Positions 59,573-64,000 of a DNA stretch of 64,000 bases are shown here, piece by piece. This stretch comes from Bacteroidales bacterium (GTDB lineage: Bacteria; Bacteroidota; Bacteroidia; Bacteroidales; UBA12077), in assembly GCA_028282585.1 (NCBI GenBank), contig JANQHR010000126.1, positions 40,832-104,831 of the forward strand, written 5' to 3'. Numbering within the stretch: position 1 is the first letter of the stretch; every line of letters starts with the position of its first letter. The translations under genes and the position numbers were made by a program. Below the pieces are notes generated by a model. The model made no database searches. It was not told where the DNA came from and saw only the letters and a list, made by a program, of their open reading frames with translations.

Positions 59573-60190
59573 ATGCCTGTAAAAATTCGATTAACAAGAA
59601 GAGGGAGAAAAAAAGCTCCTTTTTATCACATTGTTATCGCAGATAGCAGAGCGCCACGAGATGGTAGATTCATTGAAAGTATTGGGAAATACAATCCTAC
59701 TACTAATCCTGCTACTATTGAATTAGATTTTGATAAAGCATTAGATTGGTTGCAAAAAGGCGCTCAACCTACAGATACTTGTAGAGCTATTTTGTCATAC
59801 AAAGGTGTGATGATGAAAAAGCACTTACTTGATGGAGTAAAAAAAGGTGCTTTTACAGAAGAGCAAGCTGAAGAAAAGTTCCAAAGCTGGCTTAACGAAA
59901 AAGAAGCTAAGATTCAAGCTAAAGTTGACACTATCAAAAAAGGTGAAGATGCTGAAGCTAAAAAGCGTTTAGATGCCGAAACTAAGGTTAAAGAGGCAAG
60001 AGCTGAAGAATTAGCCAAGAAAAATGCTGAGGCTGCTGCAGAAGAAGCAAAAGCTAACGCGGAAGAAACTGAAACAGAGGAAGCTCAGATTGAAGAAGCT
60101 CCAAAAGCTGAAAAATCAGCTGAACCTGCCCATCCGGTAGCCGAAGCTAAAGAAGAAGAAAAGGCTCCTGAAGCTGAAAATAAAGAGTAA
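59573..60190 (+). CDS. rpsP: 30S ribosomal protein S16 with long acidic tail
   Basis: [33 protein letters not shown]. Confidence 0.97.
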   Translation: MPVKIRLTRRGRKKAPFYHIVIADSRAPRDGRFIESIGKYNPTTNPATIELDFDKALDWLQKGAQPTDTCRAILSYKGVMMKKHLLDGVKKGAFTEEQAEEKFQSWLNEKEAKIQAKVDTIKKGEDAEAKKRLDAETKVKEARAEELAKKNAEAAAEEAKANAEETETEEAQIEEAPKAEKSAEPAHPVAEAKEEEKAPEAENKE

Positions 60191-60218
60191 GCAACAGAAG
60201 CTTAAGATATTTTCATGC

Positions 60219-60740
60219 ATGAAAAAAGATGATCATTATTTATTAGGATCACTTTTAAAAACTTTGGGAATTAAAGGTGAAATTGTTCTAAAGTTTAATG
60301 ATGATTGTCCTGAAGAAATTCAAAAATTGGAATCAATTTTTATCGATGTAGATAATAAATTGGTTCCTTTTTTTATTGAAGAGATTAGAATAAAATCAAT
60401 AAATACAGCAATAGTAAAACTCGAAGGACTTGATGATGAAATTAAATCAACCGAATTTTTAGGATCAGAGTTTTATATTGCACATAAACGGGCTGATCAG
60501 TTAAATATTGAATCTGAAGAATTTATTGAAGTTATTGGGTACCAAGTTTACAATCAGGATAATGAATTGATTGGAGAAGTAACAGAATTTGTTGATATTC
60601 CTGATAACCCTCTGTTAAGTGTAAAAACAGATAAAAATGAAATACTTTTACCTGCAAAAGATGAATTAATACTTGAAATTGATGATGAGATGAGTATAAT
60701 TAAACTGTTTGTTTCAGAAGGTTTAATGGATATCAATTAG
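60219..60740 (+). CDS. rimM: Ribosome maturation factor RimM
   Basis: G...K..G.KGE, LVPFFIE, IG.V, EILLP, GL.D; directly after rpsP. Confidence 0.9.
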   Translation: MKKDDHYLLGSLLKTLGIKGEIVLKFNDDCPEEIQKLESIFIDVDNKLVPFFIEEIRIKSINTAIVKLEGLDDEIKSTEFLGSEFYIAHKRADQLNIESEEFIEVIGYQVYNQDNELIGEVTEFVDIPDNPLLSVKTDKNEILLPAKDELILEIDDEMSIIKLFVSEGLMDIN

Positions 60741-61174
60741 AAATCAATATCATTCTCAAATTTTATTATTTTGCTGCGCCAATCTTTTGGCATTTCAATT
60801 GCTTTTTCTTCCTTGGCTCCAAAAGAAACTAATACTGCTTCGTTTATAGCTTTAATTTCACTTGTATCTTCGTTAACAATTTCTTGTTTCATTTGAAGGC
60901 TTTTGTTTCCCAATTTATAAACTTTTGATTGCACAATGATATTTTCTTCAAGAAAAATTGGATTAAAATATTCAATTGTGATTTTAGCCAATACTAAAGC
61001 TTTTACTTTCCAATTTATTTGTTCTTCAAATACTTTTTCAAAATATTGTGTTCTGGCTAAATCAAAGTAATTTTGATAAACAGAATTATTCACATGAGCC
61101 ATTATGTCAATATCGTTAAATCGGATTTGGATAGGTGTCTTATGAAAGAAATTCAAATCTTTATTCTTTAGCAT
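60737..61174 (-). CDS. Acyl-CoA thioesterase (4HBT/YbgC family; start probably ATG 61174)
   Basis: IRFNDID.MAHVNNSVY..YFD.AR. Confidence 0.9.
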   Translation of the reverse strand: MLKNKDLNFFHKTPIQIRFNDIDIMAHVNNSVYQNYFDLARTQYFEKVFEEQINWKVKALVLAKITIEYFNPIFLEENIIVQSKVYKLGNKSLQMKQEIVNEDTSEIKAINEAVLVSFGAKEEKAIEMPKDWRSKIIKFENDIDF

Positions 61175-63053
61175 TTTGTAGTTCAATATCAAGTTCCTCG
61201 TAAGCTGAGTTTTGACTTTTGAATTCAGGAACAATTTCTTTCATTTTTCTTACAATTTCGAAATTGTTATGATCTTTTTGAAGTTTGATTAACTCCGTAA
61301 ATTTTTCTTGAACCTGATGGAAATCGTAGTTTCGAACTTTTGCAATCATGATTTTTGAATGATGTGTTGGAATTGTATTTTCCATATCATTTAAAAGTTC
61401 TTCGTATAATTTTTCCCCTGGTCTAAGTCCTGTATATTTAATTTGAATATCTTTCCCAATTGTTAACCCCGAAAGTTTAATCATCTTTTTGGCCAAATCA
61501 ATAATTTTTACGGATTCTCCCATATCAAATATAAATATTTCGCCACCATTACTTATTGCACCTGCTTCCAAAACTAATTGACAAGCTTCCGGAATTGTCA
61601 TAAAATAGCGTGTAACATCAGGATGGGTTACAGTTACCGGTCCACCCTTATCAATTTGTTTTTTGAAACGCAATATTACTGATCCATTTGATCCCAGAAC
61701 ATTACCAAAACGTGTTGTAATAAAATTTGTATCACTAATTTGATTAAAAGCCTGAACATATACTTCTGCTATTCGTTTTGAAGCTCCCATAACATTAGTA
61801 GGATTTACGGCTTTATCCGTTGAAACCATTACAAATTGCTCGACCTTAAATTTGTGGGACATATCGGATATTATTTTGGTCCCAATAATATTTGTTCTTA
61901 GTGCCTCAGTTGGGTTGTTTTCCATCATGGGAACATGTTTATACGCTGCTGCATGATAAACATAAGATGGTTTGTAAACCTCAAATAATTTACGAATACG
62001 ATATTCGTCGGCTACATTTCCAATTACGATTTCAAAATTATAAAAGTTAAATTTTTCCTGAAGATCAAGTTCCATATCATAAAGGGGAGATTCCGCTTGA
62101 TCAAATAATATAATTTTATTAGGGTTAAAATTTATTAACTGTCGTACAATTTCACTACCTATTGATCCTGCTGCACCAGTAACAAGAACATTTTTATTTA
62201 GTACTTTTTTCTTTATCTTATTGATGTCTAAAACTATAGGAGGCCTCTCCAATAAATCCTGGATATTAATTTCTTTGATCTGATTAAAGCTTAGTTCGCC
62301 ATTTATCCAAGTATTAATATCGGGGACAGACAATACCCGAATATTGTATTGCAAACATTTTTCTATGATATCTTGCTTTTCGGTTGGGCCAATTTTCTCC
62401 TTTGCTATAATTAATTTATCTATTGTGTTTTTTTCAACTAGTTCTTCAAGATAATCCGGATGAAAAATGTTAACTCCCTCAAGAGTTTTTCCAATGTTGG
62501 AATTTTCAAAGTCAAAAAATGCAACCACTTTATGTTTACTTTCAGCATCCCGATCTAATGTTCTTTTAGTTATTACCCCAAATTGGCTTGCTCCATAAAT
62601 AATTACATCTGTTTTTTCTTTACTAGGATTATATAATTCCTGGTAGACTATTTTAATAGCTAACCTGAAAGAAGCCATCAAAAAAACGGTTAAAAGAAAA
62701 TCAATAACAACTACAGAGAATGGAATAATGAAAGTTTCGTTTACAAGAAAATAATTAATTGCATTAATAATAATAAAAACAACACTCCCCGTTATAGCAA
62801 CGATAAATATTCGCTCAGTATCCTTAGCTCCTGAATATCTTATAATTCCGGCATAACTTCTGAAAATAAGAAAAGTGACAGACCTAATAAATAAAACATA
62901 TGGTATTATGAAACTTAAACCACTATAATATTCAGGTGGAACATTAAAATTAAAACGTAATAAAAAGGCGGATGAAATTGATATTGCACATATAAATAGA
63001 TCAATTAAAAATACAATCCATCTAGGAGTATATGATTTAGGAAACTGAATCAT
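61161..63053 (-). CDS. Nucleoside-diphosphate sugar epimerase/dehydratase (CapD/PglF/WbpM family)
   Basis: 4 TM helices, VTGAAGSIGSEI, HAAAYKHVP, STDKAVNP, RFGNVLGSNGSV, GLRPGEKLYEEL. Confidence 0.95.
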   Translation of the reverse strand: MIQFPKSYTPRWIVFLIDLFICAISISSAFLLRFNFNVPPEYYSGLSFIIPYVLFIRSVTFLIFRSYAGIIRYSGAKDTERIFIVAITGSVVFIIINAINYFLVNETFIIPFSVVVIDFLLTVFLMASFRLAIKIVYQELYNPSKEKTDVIIYGASQFGVITKRTLDRDAESKHKVVAFFDFENSNIGKTLEGVNIFHPDYLEELVEKNTIDKLIIAKEKIGPTEKQDIIEKCLQYNIRVLSVPDINTWINGELSFNQIKEINIQDLLERPPIVLDINKIKKKVLNKNVLVTGAAGSIGSEIVRQLINFNPNKIILFDQAESPLYDMELDLQEKFNFYNFEIVIGNVADEYRIRKLFEVYKPSYVYHAAAYKHVPMMENNPTEALRTNIIGTKIISDMSHKFKVEQFVMVSTDKAVNPTNVMGASKRIAEVYVQAFNQISDTNFITTRFGNVLGSNGSVILRFKKQIDKGGPVTVTHPDVTRYFMTIPEACQLVLEAGAISNGGEIFIFDMGESVKIIDLAKKMIKLSGLTIGKDIQIKYTGLRPGEKLYEELLNDMENTIPTHHSKIMIAKVRNYDFHQVQEKFTELIKLQKDHNNFEIVRKMKEIVPEFKSQNSAYEELDIELQNAKE

Positions 63054-63120
63054 GCAAGTTTTGTAAAATTGTAAAGTAAAATTTCAAACGTTCACAACGT
63101 TTCAAAAATATTAAAAATAT

Positions 63121-63147
63121 TGCAGCATATATAATTTTTACGCGTCT
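63121..63147 (+). promoter_or_regulatory. Possible ECF-type promoter (TGCAGC...CGTCT)
   Basis: TGCAGCA then CGTCT with ECF-like spacing, 30 nt upstream of ATG. Confidence 0.35.
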
Positions 63148-63177
63148 TTTATCAAAACAAAACTAAAATTTGAGATT

Positions 63178-63906
63178 ATGAAAACAAAATCAACAAGAGT
63201 TATTGTATTCACGGCATTATTCGTTTTCGGCGTATTAATAAATTGCACATTAGGAGCAAGTATTGGTCAAGATAAAAAAGAAAACAGGAAAGTTGGAGAT
63301 TTCAGTGCAATTAGTTTATCAATTCCTGCAGATTTATTTTTAACTCAAGGATCTAAAAACGAAGTGATCATTGAAGCAGACGAAGATTTATTGGCAAAAA
63401 TAGAAACAGAAATAAGAGGTTCCAGTTTGGAAATTAAGTTTGAAAAATGGTATAATTACAAAGGGCTAGGTGAAATTAACGTTTATGTTACTGTAAAGGA
63501 TATTGATAAATTAGTTGTATCCGGTTCTGGAGATATCGTATCAAAATCACCAATTAAATCAGATAAGATATCATTTATTGTTTCGGGAAGTGGTTCTGTA
63601 ATGATTGATGATTTATTTACAAAGAAAGTAGACGCAATGGTTACAGGTTCAGGTGATGTAAAAATAAAAGGGAATGTTGAAGTTGATGAATTAGATGCAA
63701 CTGTTACAGGGTCGGGTGATTTTGAATCTGTTGATTTAAAATTTAGAGAGGCAAATTTAAGTATTACTGGTTCAGGTTCAATTCATACTTATGTTATTGA
63801 CGAATTGGATGCAAGTATTACTGGTAGTGGTAAGATTTATTATAAAGGAAAACCTGTTATTGATGCAAATATTACAGGTAGTGGAAAAATAAGGAGTAAT
63901 AATTAG
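63178..63906 (+). CDS. Head GIN domain (DUF2807) exported protein
   Basis: Signal peptide; many (S/T)GSG.I repeats; YKGKP. Confidence 0.9.
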   Translation: MKTKSTRVIVFTALFVFGVLINCTLGASIGQDKKENRKVGDFSAISLSIPADLFLTQGSKNEVIIEADEDLLAKIETEIRGSSLEIKFEKWYNYKGLGEINVYVTVKDIDKLVVSGSGDIVSKSPIKSDKISFIVSGSGSVMIDDLFTKKVDAMVTGSGDVKIKGNVEVDELDATVTGSGDFESVDLKFREANLSITGSGSIHTYVIDELDASITGSGKIYYKGKPVIDANITGSGKIRSNN

Positions 63907-63940
63907 GCAATTTCAGAAGTAAGTAAACTATAAAAATTGA

Positions 63941-63974
63941 GAAGCTGTAGATTAAGTTTTACAGCTACTTTTTT
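63941..63974 (+). terminator. Terminator after the GIN-domain gene
   Basis: AGCTGTAGA...TTTACAGCT stem plus T-tract. Confidence 0.65.
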
Positions 63975-64000
63975 ATAAAAATCTTTTGGATTTATACTTT

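Noticed and set aside
59900-60190. Ala/Glu/Lys-rich extension on S16
   Set aside because: Long low-complexity S16 tails are common in Bacteroidota.

Overview
AT-rich chromosomal window from a Bacteroidota genome, probably Bacteroidales/Marinilabiliales-like (TAnnTTTG promoters, a T9SS cargo protein, DUF2723, a long S16, a 6S-Flavo-like RNA). Most of it is housekeeping: purD, purQ, class I fumarase, fumC, sppA, folK, upp, radC, trxA, dnaE, rpsP, rimM and two ECF-sigma cassettes. Two loci stand out. (1) 5544-15800 is a complete lasso-peptide cluster. Its 52-aa precursor (11269-11427) is missing from the ORF track and reads leader ...WEAPRL...KTE plus core GGTFSGYAEGVTYNGTAS. The cluster has a cyclase, split B1/B2 and three tailoring enzymes (HPr-like kinase, nucleotidyltransferase, PAPS sulfotransferase), but no exporter; a 1437-aa T9SS-secreted propeller/SprB protein follows 12 nt after the precursor. 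(2) 18167-29410 is a ten-gene minus-strand signalling locus with two CheR and one CheB but no CheA/CheW/MCP. These are joined to a GAF-coiled-coil-PAS-PAS-PP2C phosphatase, SiaB/SiaC homologues and a TerB-like/ABCG-type transporter where SiaD would normally be. Family assignments come from motif recognition by eye; no searches were run.
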